A stretch of DNA of 64,000 nucleotides, from NCBI GenBank assembly GCA_004431415.1, contig QPMI01000036.1:310001-374000 (forward strand), in the 5' to 3' direction. The notes below the pieces were generated by a model. The model was not told where the DNA came from, did no database searches, and saw only the letters and a program-made list of their open reading frames with translations. Both the position numbers and the translations under genes were made by a program. Source of the DNA: Cyanophora paradoxa CCMP329 (taxonomy: Eukaryota > Plantae > Glaucophyta). Positions 14,278 to 25,649 of the stretch are shown here, one piece after another (position 1 is the stretch's first letter; the number at the start of each line of letters is the position of its first letter).

Positions 14278-16602
14278 TCAGGCGAAATTGAAGCGGAACT
14301 CGGTGAGGGCGGGGGCCGGCGCCGCCTCCTCCGCCTCCTCGCACCCTCCGCACCCGCCCATCCCGCCGCCCACGGGGGAGCCCCAGGGGCAGGCGGCGGC
14401 GATGGCGGCGCTGGCGACTTCGCTCCAGAGGGCGCGGGAGCGGTTCTTGGCGCCCCGCGCCTTCTCCCTCTCCTCCACCCCCGCCAGCAGCTCCGGCTCC
14501 TTCTCCGCCAGCGCCGCCCGGAAGGCCGGGTAGAGCGCGCGCTTCTGCGCCGTGCCGGAGACCTGCCGGGGCCGCGGCGTCGGGGCGGGGGGCCTGGGGG
14601 GAGGGGGGGGGCCGGGGCCGGGGGCGGGACCTGGTCGGGCTTGTCCCTGAGGAAGCGGAGGACGGCGGGGAGGTTCGTCGCCGAGACGTAGTTCTGCGTG
14701 ATCGCCACCGACTCCTCCACGTTCAGCACGCCTGCGCCCCGTCGCCCCAGGAGCGGGGGAGGCGGCCGGCGGGGCGGCGCACAGTGCCACCAGCCCCGCG
14801 GCACGAAGATGAGGTCCCCGGGGCCGCACACGCCCTCGAGCGGGCCCTCCCCGCCGCGCGCCCCCCCGCTGGGCTTGTAGAAGTTGAGGAACCACCTTGG
14901 GCGGGGCGCTCAAGAGAGGCGAGGCGGGCGGGCTGCCGGGCCGGCGTGCGCACTCGATGAGGGCGACGGGCTGCGTGACCTCGCCCCCGTCATGGCTCGG
15001 GTGCACCCCGGGAGGGACCATGTGCGGGGGGTACAGGATCCACTTCTTCCGCCCCGAGACGAGGGCGTTCCACGCGCACGTCTCGTTCGGGTCTTTGTGG
15101 AAGACGGAGCCTGCGGCGAGGCCTCGGGCCGCGGCGGGCGCGGCATGGGTGCGGGGCGGGCGGACCGGAGCGGGCGGGCCCGACGATGAGCCAGCGGTAG
15201 TCCGGGCGGGCCTCCTCGCCGAGGGCCGAGAAGAGGTCCCGCCCCGCCCCGAAGTATTCGGGCACGCTGTATTCCCCCGCCATCTCCGGCGCCTTCTTCT
15301 GCGCGCCCTGTCGCGCCCCGCCCCGCGCAAGGGCGCCTGGGAACGGGTGCCCACGGCAAAGGCCTTGTCAAAGAGATAGATGGGCTGAGCGAGGGCAAGA
15401 GGGGGGAGTCAGAGGGGGGGAGAGGGGGGAGGGGGGCGGAGGGGGAGCGGGGGGGGGAGGGGGGGTCGCCTGGTCGTCGCGGGTGCCGTCGGCGTAGGCC
15501 ATGTAGTCGGCGAGGCGCATCTGGTACCCCGACACGTCGAACCGCGCCTCTCCGAAGCGCCGCAGCAGGTTCTACCCCGCCAGTCAGCCCCCCGCGGCGC
15601 CCCAGGCTGGTGGCCCGGGCGGGGTGGGGCGGGGCGGGCCTCGCGGGTCCAGCGGATGTCGGGCGGCCCACTGAATGCAGGCCACTTAGTCACCACATCC
15701 GTCAAGATTACCGGCCTGCAGCCGCCCCGCGTTCGCTCAGCGCGCCGGCCCAGCCCGGTGCCGCCCCGGGCCCGGGCCGGGGCGGGGCGGCAAGGCGCAC
15801 CGGTTGGGCTTCTCGTACTGCTCGACGAAGTCGTGGAGGGAGAGGGCGGCGCGGCGGTCGATGGTCTCGACCTCGAGCCAGGCGGGGTCGAGCTCCACGC
15901 TCGCCACGTAGTGCGGCTGGAAGAGCACGTCGCTGTAGAAGTCCCCCAGCTCGAACGGCGCCCCCTCCCCCAGCCCCTCCGCCCTCCCCGGCGCCTTGTG
16001 CTTCACGTACCTGCGCGTTGCGCCGCGGCATCCGTCTGGCGGGGCCCGGGCGCGTCCGGGGCTCGCGCGCACGTATACCACCAGCTCCGCGTGTAAGTGA
16101 ACTGGCCCTTGAACTCGTGCAGCGTCAGCTCTGCCCGAGCGCAGGAGATAAGCGACACGCTAACCAGAATGCCACGCGCGGCGCGTCTACGGGAGAGGCC
16201 GCGTCCGACATTCTGTGCCGTCGGCGTGATCATGATCGCCGTGCGATCAACACGCACCAGCCCATAATTCGTCCAAGCGAGCGAAAGCATACAGAGTCTT
16301 CGAAGCTCCGCTCAGCCGTGCGAGGCTCGCTGCATCAAGCAGACTGTTGCGCCGGCAGAGCGTCAATTCGAGGGCGTCACGCTTCAGCGCCCCCAACGCG
16401 AGCGGGGAGCGGACCCCAGCAGAGCGACGAGAAGGCTATCCTCGAGGGCTGCTAACGCTCCGAGTCCGTCCCTCCTGCGAGCGTTGGTGTGCCCGGTGAA
16501 AAACGCATTTCCGCTGGGCTGCACGCCTAGCGGGTGGTGGATACGGAGAGCGGCATGGCCGCTCGTCTTGGCTCTCTTCGCCTTGCGGCCGCCGTCCGGC
16601 AT
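14278..16602 (-). CDS. F-box + JmjC (JMJD6-family) protein, like plant JMJ22/At5g06550, multi-exon
   Basis: HPLGVQPSGNAF, F-box-like LGALAALEDSLLVALLG, PVILTDVVTKWPAF, IYLFDKAF, RPDYRWLIVGPARSGSVFHKDPN..AWNALVSGRKKW, GDLIFVPRGWWH, VAITQNYVS. Confidence 0.92.
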
Positions 16603-16654
16603 CGCGACTCAGACGCCAACTCAGAGCAACTCTCAACGCCCGGGTACCGAGAAG

Positions 16655-17993
16655 ATGGCTGCGGTGCTGCCGGCGACCCAGCCGGCGCTGCCGCCCTCCG
16701 CGCCGCCGCCTCCGGTGGCTTCAGCATCTCCACCGGTTCCTGCCGCTCCCGCAGCTCAGCAGCCACAAACAGCCCCGCCAGCACCCGCAACACAGCCATC
16801 GACCGCGCAGGCGCCTCCCGCGCGTCCCGAACATGCGGTTTTGAGCATTGTGCACGGAAACGTGGCGTTCTACCTCGGCAAGAAGGGGGCAGGCGACGAG
16901 AAGACTCACAGGCGCTCTGGCCTCTCCGCCGGGCGCCCGCGCCCGCTGATCGTACATCCGCAGGTGGTACTTGTATTTGCGCGGCGGCAGAGATGCGAAC
17001 GACGACCTAGCTACTGTCATCTCGAAAGTGGAATTCTACTTGCATGAGACCTTCGAGCCGCCCGTCCGCGGTGCGTGTGGCGGTGGCAGTGCTAGCTTTA
17101 AAACGAATTTAACATGCTTTCCGTAATCTCAGAGCTCACGCGGCCGCCGTTCCTGATCGAGGAGCGCGGCTGGGGCGAGTTCGAGATCAAGGTCAAGATC
17201 TACTTCCGCGAGCCCGGCACGCAGCCTGTCCAGTTTACGCACCTGCTGAGGCTCCTGCCGCACACGGGGGAGCCACACACGCGGAAGCCGGTGGTGTGCG
17301 CCGGCGGCCCCTCTGCGGGGGCCTCGGAACTTCAACGCGCGGCAGATTTCTGAGGTGTACGACGAGATCGTATTCCCGTACGCGTCGGAAAGCCTGGCGG
17401 CGAAGCTCCGGGGCCCGCTGAAGCCGGCTGAGGGTCTCTTCAACATCGCGAACCACCCCATTGCCGCCTACTGTGCGCCCGCCCCGGCCCCGCCCCGTCC
17501 CGCCCCGCCCGCCCCGCCCCGCCCCGCCCTGCCGCGCGGCGGGGGGCGAGGTGGCTGAAGCAGGGGACGGGGCGCAGTCCAGGAGTTCGACGAGGAGAAG
17601 GAGCTGGAGCGGGTGAAGAGGGCGCGGGAGGCGGTGGCGCGGGACCTCGAGGAGGCGCGCGCGCGGCTCAACACCGCCACGGAGCACGTGCGCAACATCA
17701 AGGCCCAGAAGGCCGCCTCCGCCCAGGCGCACGCCGCCACCGCCCTGCAGCAGCAGCAGCAGCTACAACAACAACAGCAGCAGCAGCAGCAGCAGCACGT
17801 GACGGTACAACAGATGCAACAGCAGCAAGTACAGCAGCAGCAGCACCAGCAACCGACAATGCAGCCCATGCAACAGCAGCAAATGCAACAAGCTATTCAG
17901 CAGCAGAATCTGCAGCAGCCCATGCAGCAACCAATTCCGCAGCAGGCTATGCAGCAGCAACCGATCCAGCACATGATGCATCAGCAACAACAA

Positions 17994-18037
<44 letters not shown>

Positions 18038-18352
18038 CGCGGCGACGGCGGCGGCGCAGGGGATGGGCATGGGCGTGCAGCAGGCGCCGGTGCAGTACAT
18101 GCAGACGGTGGGGATGCAGGGCGGCATGGCGAGCGGCATGGCGCCCATGCAGCACGGCGTCGTCCAGATGGGCGGCGTTGGACAGATGGGGATGGGCCCA
18201 CGCGCCCCCGCCCCGCCCGTCGCCGTCGTCGCTCGCGGCCAGGCCCAGCAGTTCGCCACAGGGCCAGTGCAGGCGAGCACGCAGTTCGCGACGGGTCCGG
18301 CCGTGCCTCAGGGCCTACAGCAGCAGCGCGGGCCCGGGCCCGTCATGCCCCC

Positions 18353-18429
<77 letters not shown>

Positions 18430-18704
18430 CGATGCGGTCGGGGCCGGGGCCGGGGCCGGGGCCGGGGCCGGGGCCGGGCGTGGGCGTGCAGGCGATGGCG
18501 ATGCACGCGGCGGCGCCCGTGCACGCCGGGCGGCTGCCGAATGTGCCAGCGCAGGGCCAGCCGCCGGCGGCCCCCGGGGGGATGCAGCCGATGGGGCCCC
18601 TGATGGGCCCCATGATGGCTCAGATGGCCCCTGGGCAGCCCGTACCCCGCATGAACTACGCCCCCCAGGGCGCGCCCCAGCAGCAGCAGCCACCCATGCA
18701 GTAG
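16655..18704 (+). CDS. YEATS4: YEATS-domain protein (GAS41/Yaf9/YEATS4-like) with long Q/M/P/G-rich C-terminus
   Basis: IVHGNVAFYLGKK, ISKVEFYLHETFEPPVR, PPFLIEERGWGEFEIKVKIYF, SEVYDEIVF, followed by a coiled coil and polyQ. Confidence 0.88.
18354..18477 (+). repeat. Pure (CAG)25 followed by a (GGGGCC)-type repeat, encoding polyQ and poly-GP
   Basis: CAG run at 18354-18428, GGGGCC units at about 18438-18477. Confidence 0.93.
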
Positions 18705-19101
18705 GCTCCCGTCCCCCTTTCGCTACTTCCGACCCGTGCCAGCCCATATCTCCTCCGCGCTCGGAAGCTCCCGGCCCGCCTCCTTCGATCCGCCATACCT
18801 TCGAATTCGTTGCGCCCCGCGGGCCTTCCCCGCGCCCCTTTTTCAGTTTCGAATTCCCCTCCGCTTGTCCCATCTCCCCCGTGTCCCGGCCTTCGAATTC
18901 GGCTCCTTCTAGATCTTCCTCTTCTCTCATCCTAGGCTTTCTACCTCGAGTCCCCTTGCTTGTCGCGGTCATCTCCGAGGCTCACTCCTGTATTTGATTA
19001 TCGTCGCGTAAAATTACGGACTGTTCATGGCCCACAAAACCTTGAAGCGGCAGTTCCAGGGACGAAAATATTAATTGAGCCTCGTGAATTCGAAGGTTAG
19101 T

Positions 19102-19973
19102 TTACATGACATCCTCGTCACGGCGGCGGCCCTTGCCCTCGATCGGCCGCTCGGCCTCGTCCTTCAGCTCGTGGGCGCGCCGCGTCTCCCAGGCCTTCTT
19201 CGCCGCCTCACTTTTCTCCTCATGGGAGCGAGACTGTGCGGATCCCAGAGTCCGGATCCATGATCATGCATATGAGATGTATCGCGTGGCCCAGGGCCGG
19301 TAAGAAATCAAATGAAGCGCACTTGGGAGGCGTCTCGGGCGTACTCGAGGGTCTCGGTCATCTCGTCGGGGTCGCGATGCTCGGCCGCCTTGCGCCCTCC
19401 CTCCACGCGGTGCTTGTGCTCTTCCGCCCTCTCCCCCGCGCTCTTCTGCGCACGCGTCTCCGCCGCCTGCACTGTGCTTCAACTTGGCGGACTCGAGCTC
19501 GCCGATCGAGCCGAACTTTAAATTTGAAATTTAAATCTAGATCTAGATTGATATCGATGCGGGCACGCCGCGATTTTTGCCTCGCCGAGTCGACGTACGC
19601 GTCGAGCTCTAGACTCTTGAGATTTATAGACGCGCAAGGCCGGCTTCGAAATTCACCTTGCGTGCAGCGGCGCTTTTCTCCTCGTGGGAGCGCGCCATGG
19701 AAGCCTCCCGTGCCTTGTCGATCGGGCGCTGCTCGCCGTCCCCGCGCCTGCCAGATGCAGGCGCGCCGGGGCCCCTGCGCATGCGCCCCATGTGCATCTC
19801 GCATCAGAAACGCAATTTCGCGCTATTTAAATTTGGATTGCGGCGCGCGTGCGCATGCACCCTGCCGAGGCGCGGGTGGCGAGGCCGACGCGTGCGGCGG
19901 CGAGCGGGCGGGCGGCGGCGGTGCGTAGCCCGCGCGGGATAGGGGCGCCGGCGACGAAGAAGGCGCGCTGCAT
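19102..19973 (-). CDS. Small four-exon hydrophilic protein with transit-peptide-like N-terminus (paralog A)
   Basis: MQRAFFVAGAPIPRGLRTAAARPLAAARVGLATRASAG / ...EQRPIDKAREASMARSHEEKSAAARK / AAETRAQK...YARDASQ / SRSHEEKSEAAKKAWETRR...DVM*. GT-AG introns. Paralog at 43026-43945. Confidence 0.8.
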
Positions 19974-20049
19974 CGCGAGGGCGTATACGTACAAGCGTTG
20001 CAAATTGATCGCCGAGTCGGCCGCTGACGGCGAATTGACCAGGTAACAG

Positions 20050-20091
20050 TATATATATAAGATCTATATAGCTAGCTATATATATATATAT
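20050..20091 (-). promoter_or_regulatory. TATA-like (TA)n tract upstream of paralog A
   Basis: TATATATA runs about 80-120 bp upstream of the ATG at 19973. A similar tract precedes paralog B. Confidence 0.55.
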
Positions 20092-20259
20092 GGAGGAGAT
20101 TGACTAGCTAAATTAAGCTCGAGCTCGAGGAGATAGAATTCCAAGTGTAGTAGTTTCGACAGAGCTTCGAATTCTGCAAGGGCCAGCGTCCGCGGTGGGT
20201 AGAGTGTACGTAGGAGGGGTCGGAAAGGAGAGGCGAGGGGACGGGAGAAGGGGCGGGGG

Positions 20260-21575
20260 TCAGGGACCGGCGGGCTTGGGTGTCCCGGTCCCGCCGCCGG
20301 CGAGACTGGACTGGGAAAAGAGGGCACGGTACGTGAGGCGGACGGAGGAGGAGCGGGGGAGGGCGGAGCGGGAGGTCGGGCGCGAGGTCGGCTGCCCAGC
20401 CGGCCTCTCCTCCTTCTGCGGCGCAACCGCCGGCGTGTTGAACTTGCCCGACGCCACCTCGTGCAGGATATGCAGCTGGTACTGCGCCCCCGCGACGGGT
20501 CAGGGGCGTCGGGGCGGACGGCGCGGGGCGGGCGAGGCGGGCCTTGAGCTTGGCGGTCAGCTCCCTAGTGTCGTGGAGGAGTGCCTTGAGCTCGGCCTGC
20601 GTCGCGGCGGCCTTCTCCGTCTGGTACGCCTCGCCGTCGAGCTCGACCTCGCCCCGCCGCGTGCGCGTCATCGTCATGCTGCTCCCGACGCCGAAGCCGC
20701 CCACCTCGCTGTCCCGGAACACGCCCAGGAAGCCCCCGGGGGACGCCGCTCCCGAGCCGCGCACGCCGGGCCCCGCCTCCCCTGCCTGCTTCTCCCCGCC
20801 CCCGCCCCCGCCGCCGCTGGAGGAGGCCTGGGCGGCGGCGATGCGGGGCGCGACGTGCGCTGCGCGGCCCTTGAGGCTGTGGTACTCCTTGTCGAAGAGC
20901 TGACCCGAGATCTCCCGCACCCGCACGTCGTTCTCCAGCACCTGTATCCTGATGTCGCCCTCCGCAGAGCGCTCCGCGCGGTAGGTCCGCCCGCTCTTTA
21001 TCAGCCCCGCCAGCTCGTTCGCGTGCCTGCGCCGACGTCGGCCGCCACCGGGCGAGGCAGCAGCTACGCGACCGAACGCACCGCACGCGGACGAGCAGCA
21101 TCCTGGTGGATCGAGGACGGCCGCGACTCAGCGACGTGCAGAGGAAACGAAGGCGGCAACGCGCACTGCTCATACGCCCTTGCTTCGGACGACTTGGGAC
21201 CCCCGCGGCGCCGCTTCTCCAGGTCCTGTGGGCTGTCGAGCGTGGAGGCGGACAAGTCGTTCTGGAGCCTGCGCCGCGCGTTAGCGAGCAGGGAGGGCCA
21301 CAGCGACAGGCGCACGAGATCTTTGCGCTGTGAGGCCTTCTCCTTTGGTCCGTCAAATACTCCCCCGGGTCTATCCTGTAGCCTTTGCTCGCCGAGGCTG
21401 GCCGCGTCAGGCTCTGCCGCACGCCGCCGGATGGGCTAGCCGGCACTGCGCGCGGAACACAATTAGCAAGCGATCTCGAGCCACTGCAGCGATGCTAGAG
21501 AGGGCCGCGGGGACGCTGGGTCGGATTCGATCGGCTAAACTCGTCCCAGTTGTGCGGACATTCCGGAAAGCTCAT
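20260..21575 (-). CDS. Multi-exon protein of unknown function (start uncertain)
   Basis: Codon-biased exons (KGYRIDPGEYLTDQ..., VLENDVRVREISGQLFDKEYHSLK..., ELKALLHDTRELTAKLK / YQLHILHEVASGKF...PAGP*) with typical introns. Confidence 0.55.
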
Positions 21576-21734
21576 AGCTAACAAGCAACTGCCAGCAGAG
21601 CGCAGCGCCAGGCCCAACTGCAGGGACCGGCGCACCCGACATCAATTTTTTTCGTTGTTTGAAGCGGTATCCCCGCAAGCACATCATCGGTTTCAGGCCG
21701 TCGCAGTCTGCGGATGCACAGCAGCAGCCCACAG

Positions 21735-23822
21735 ATGCAGGCGGGATTCTGCGCACAGCCGGTCGCCGGCCTCGTGGGCCGGGCCAGCGTGAGCCCCCCG
21801 TCGCTCGACGCGCAGCTTTGGCGTGCGCTCCGCGTGGCGCGACCTCGGCCGTACGCGAGGCACTTGCGCGAGACCCCGCGGAACCGCGCCTTCTCGGTCC
21901 AGTGCAGCTTTCAACCAGATGCCGAATCGGCGGCGCGGGTGTCCCGCTCCTTCGAGCAGCAGCGTTCGACGTCGTTCCGCAGCTCCGCATCCGAGCGGCC
22001 GGCCGCCGTTCTCGCGCGGGCAGCGAGGGCCGAGCGGGAGGCGCACGAGGCGGAGCTGGCCAGGCCGGAGAGCCATGCGGCGGCCGTGCGGGCTCACGGC
22101 GTGACCGTCGGCGACCTATTTGTGTGGGCGCTGCCCGCAGCGGCTCTGTTCGCCTCAACGTCGCTCGGCCAGCAGCTGCTCGGCGCCGGCAGCGTCCTCA
22201 CGGCGGTCTCGGTCCTGGCGACCACGATCCTCGTGCACGAGCTCGGTGCGGGCCTCCAGAATGCGCACGCCGACGCCGCCCGCCGACGCCACCGCCCGCC
22301 GATGCCGCCGGCAGGCCACTTCTGGGCGGCGCGGGCGCAGGGCATCCGCGTCTCGAGCTTCTCGCTGGGCTTCGGTCCCATCCTGTGGCGGTACCGCGGC
22401 ACGGAGACCGGTGCGCTGCGGCGAGGGCGCGGGGCGGCTTGCGTGCCGAGGGCGGGGGCGGGCAGAGTACAGCGTGCGGGCGTTCCCGCTGGGCGGCTTC
22501 GTGGGCTTCCCGGACCCCGCTGAGAACGTGGAGGGCCCGGAGGACGAGCGGCTGCTGCAGAACCGGCCCGTCAGGGACCGCGCCATCGTCATCTCCGCCG
22601 GCGTTGTCCGCCCGCCCCGCCCGCCACCCCGCCCCGCCCCGCTTGCGGCCCTCATGCCCCCCGCGCAGATCGCCAACCTCATCTTCTCCTACTTCACGCT
22701 CTTCGGCCAGGTCGCCACCGGTCCGCCCGCCCCGCCCCCGCGCTCTCGCCTCGGGGAGAGCGGGGCGTGGGGCGACGGGCGGGGGCGGGGCGGGGCAGTG
22801 GGCGTGGTGGAGCCGAACTACAAGCCCGGGATCGTGGTGCCCAAGGTCGCCTCCGACATGACCCCCGTCGCCCAGCGCGCCGGCATCAAGGCCGGGTCCG
22901 CCCCGCCCCGCCCCGCCCCGCCCCGCGGCGCGTCGGCCCGGGGCGAGGGGGCGGGCGGGGGCGGCAGGGACGTGATCCTCGCGGTGGACGGGGCGCCCCT
23001 CGAGGCCTCTCCCGACTCCCCCTCCGTCTTCGTCGACGTCCGCCCCGCCCCGGCTAGCCCCGCCGGCGCCGGCCTCACCGAGCGCAGATCATGAAGCGGA
23101 ACACGGGGGAGCCGCTGCGGCTCTCCATACAGCGCGGCGCCGACACCGTCGACGTCAAAGTCGTCCCCGTGCGCCGCGCGCCGGCCCCGGGGCCCTTCCC
23201 CGGGGGCCTGAGGCGGGGGCAGGACCTGGTCGAGGGCGAGCGGCGGCTGGGGATCGTGATCGCCCCGAACGCGAGCGCGGCGCGGCGGCGCGTGACGGAC
23301 CCCGGCGAGATCGTCGCGCTCTCGGCCTCGGAGTTCCGCAAGATGCTGGGGCAGACGGCGGCGGGGCTCTCGCAGCTCGTCGGCAACTTCTCGCGCACCA
23401 GCGAGTCCATCGCGGGGCCCATCGGCGTCGTCGCCGCCGGCTCCTCCATCGGTGCCCGCCCCGCCCGGCGGCTCGCGGCGGCGTGGGGCCCCTCTGAGCG
23501 CGCGGCAGCGCGCAACGACTCGGCGGGCCTCTTCTCGTACGCTGCCCTCCTCTCGATCAACCTCGGTGCTGCTCTCCAGCCCGCCCCCTCGTCCGCGCCC
23601 ATCTCCGCATCGCGCCGACGCGGCGGGGCAGCGGTGATCAACATCCTGCCCCTGCCGGCGCTGGACGGGGGGCAGCTTCTCTTCGTGCTCATCGAGGCGG
23701 TGCGGGGGCGGCCGCTGCCGCAGAAGCTTCAGGACCAGATCCAGCGCGTGGCCGTGCTCGCCCTCCTCCTTCTCTCCGTCTTCCTCATCTTCCGCGACGC
23801 CGCCAACCTCGTCTCCAAGTAG
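21735..23822 (+). CDS. Plastid RseP/ARASP-type M50 (site-2) zinc metalloprotease with PDZ domain, multi-exon
   Basis: Intron-split HELG/HFWAARAQGIRVSSFSLGFGP, RAFPLGGFVGFPD, VISAGV/IANL, PDZ-like AQRAGIKAG/DVILAVDG, IAGPIG, INILPLPALDGG. N-terminal extension MQAGFCAQP. Confidence 0.95.
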
Positions 23823-24256
23823 CCGCCCCCGCCCCGCCCCCCGCACCCACCCCGCCACCCCGCTCCCGTCGCTTTCCGCTCTTCCAATATTGTACTATTG
23901 AATCTGTTGCCAGTCTGGCGCCGCGGGAACTCGGAAACAGCGCTTCCGATGCAGCAACTCCGCCGCTGCGCGGCTTCAAGCCTGACTAGCCGTGAGTCTG
24001 GGGTACGTGTACATCGACGGCTTGTCCTGGCGCGTGTCTAGCTGCAGCGCTTCTGCGTGCCGAAGTGGGCGCCTCTGCGGCCAAATTAAACCCATTTTTT
24101 CAAAGCGACCAAGCCCAGCGCTTCTGCAGCGTGCGTGGCGGCCAAGCCCACTTCAAAAGTTAGCCGGGCTGCAGCCGGGCAGTGAGCCGCGTACACGCGT
24201 GAGCGCCTCGTCCGACTATCAAGCTTTCGCGCCTTGGGGCCAGCTGCAGTGACAAC

Positions 24257-25320
24257 ATGCGTGACAATGTCGCGGGAGCAGATGTGGAGGCGCAGAAGTG
24301 GCTGCACCCGCCAAAGCAGGCAAAGCGCAAGAAGGATCAGCAGCAGGTCCCCATCACGCGCTTCTTCGCCCCTAAATCCGCAACCCCGACCCGCTCCACG
24401 ACGGGCTCGCCATCCGGCACGCCTTCCGGATCCGTAGCGCCCGCGCCGTCGCCTTCAGGGCCCCGTACGCGAGGGGACTCCAGCGGCGCGACCGCCGCAG
24501 CGGAAGCGACGCCACAGCGAGAGAGCCTGACATCGCCGCTGGCGCTCATTCGCGAGGACACCCTCTCGCCGCCTGACCGCGATGCGACGAAAAAGCTCGC
24601 GATCCCCCCGGCGGCCGACGAGGAGCAGTTGCGGACAAAGCGGGCGCGATTGGCCGGCGAGGAGAACGACGAGGCCGAAGAGGTGGAGCCGTCGGCGCCC
24701 ATCGCCGTGCGCCTGCGCAACGCGGCGCCGCCGCCCGCCCCCGAGCCCTGCGAGCCCCTCGAGTCGAGCCGCTCCCGCGGATCCTTGACGGTGCACGCGG
24801 CCCCTGCCCAACCCAGCCTTCCTTCTCATCTTGCTGTCAGGACGAAGGGGAGGAGGGCGTTGCCCCCTCGCAGCCGGACGAGGACTCGAGCCAGGGCTGG
24901 GAGCGCATCCGGGACGGGGCGGCGGCGGCGGCACGTGCAGCGGCGGCGGCGGCGGCGGCGGATGATAATTCAAAGGAGGAGGAGGAGGGGGAGGAGGAGG
25001 GCCTGGCGTGGACGAGAATCCTGGGGGAGGTCGCCGCCGCCGCCTCTAACCCCGCGCCGGCGCCGGCCGCCGCCCCCATCCAGCCGCCAACTCGCGGCCC
25101 CGCGGCGGCGCCGTGCGATCCGGGCGCCGAGGAGCAGTGCCCCGAGCCGGAGGCCGAGGCTTCACGCGACGCGGCACCGCTCGCCTCGCCGGGGCTTTCG
25201 TGCGGTTACAGTGGCTCCCAGATTGTGCGCCAGCGCTCCCCCCTCCTCGCCAACGGCGCCACGCCGCACCCGCCGCTCACCTCTGCGCGCCCATGCCAGG
25301 TGTACGAGACACAGCTTTAA
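24257..25320 (+). CDS. Disordered acidic protein with N-terminal PIP-box (three exons)
   Basis: KRKKDQQQVPITRFFAPK fits QxxIxxFF. Introns at about 24792-24840 and 25225-25299. Ends VYETQL*. Confidence 0.6.
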
Positions 25321-25649
25321 TCTTTAGCTAGAGATGCGAACATCGGCTGTGGACCCCACCCGTGCGGGCGCCGAGGACATGATTGTGAACTAGAAGAAAG
25401 CATGATCATCCATATCATACACCAGCGCAGTAGCAGAAGGCAGAAATGAGGAGACCGACGGGAATCACGTGAGGGGCAACTAGCGGAGCGAGGAAACCCC
25501 AGGGCATGGAATAACAAGACCGTCGGACGGGAAGAATGTGGGACGCAGCTACCACTAGACTACTCCTCTGAGTCCTCTCAAGATCGGCGGAATGGAAAAG
25601 CAAGCGGCAAGAAGAGTGAAAAGAGAGTGGCCGACTCCGATCCCGGGCT

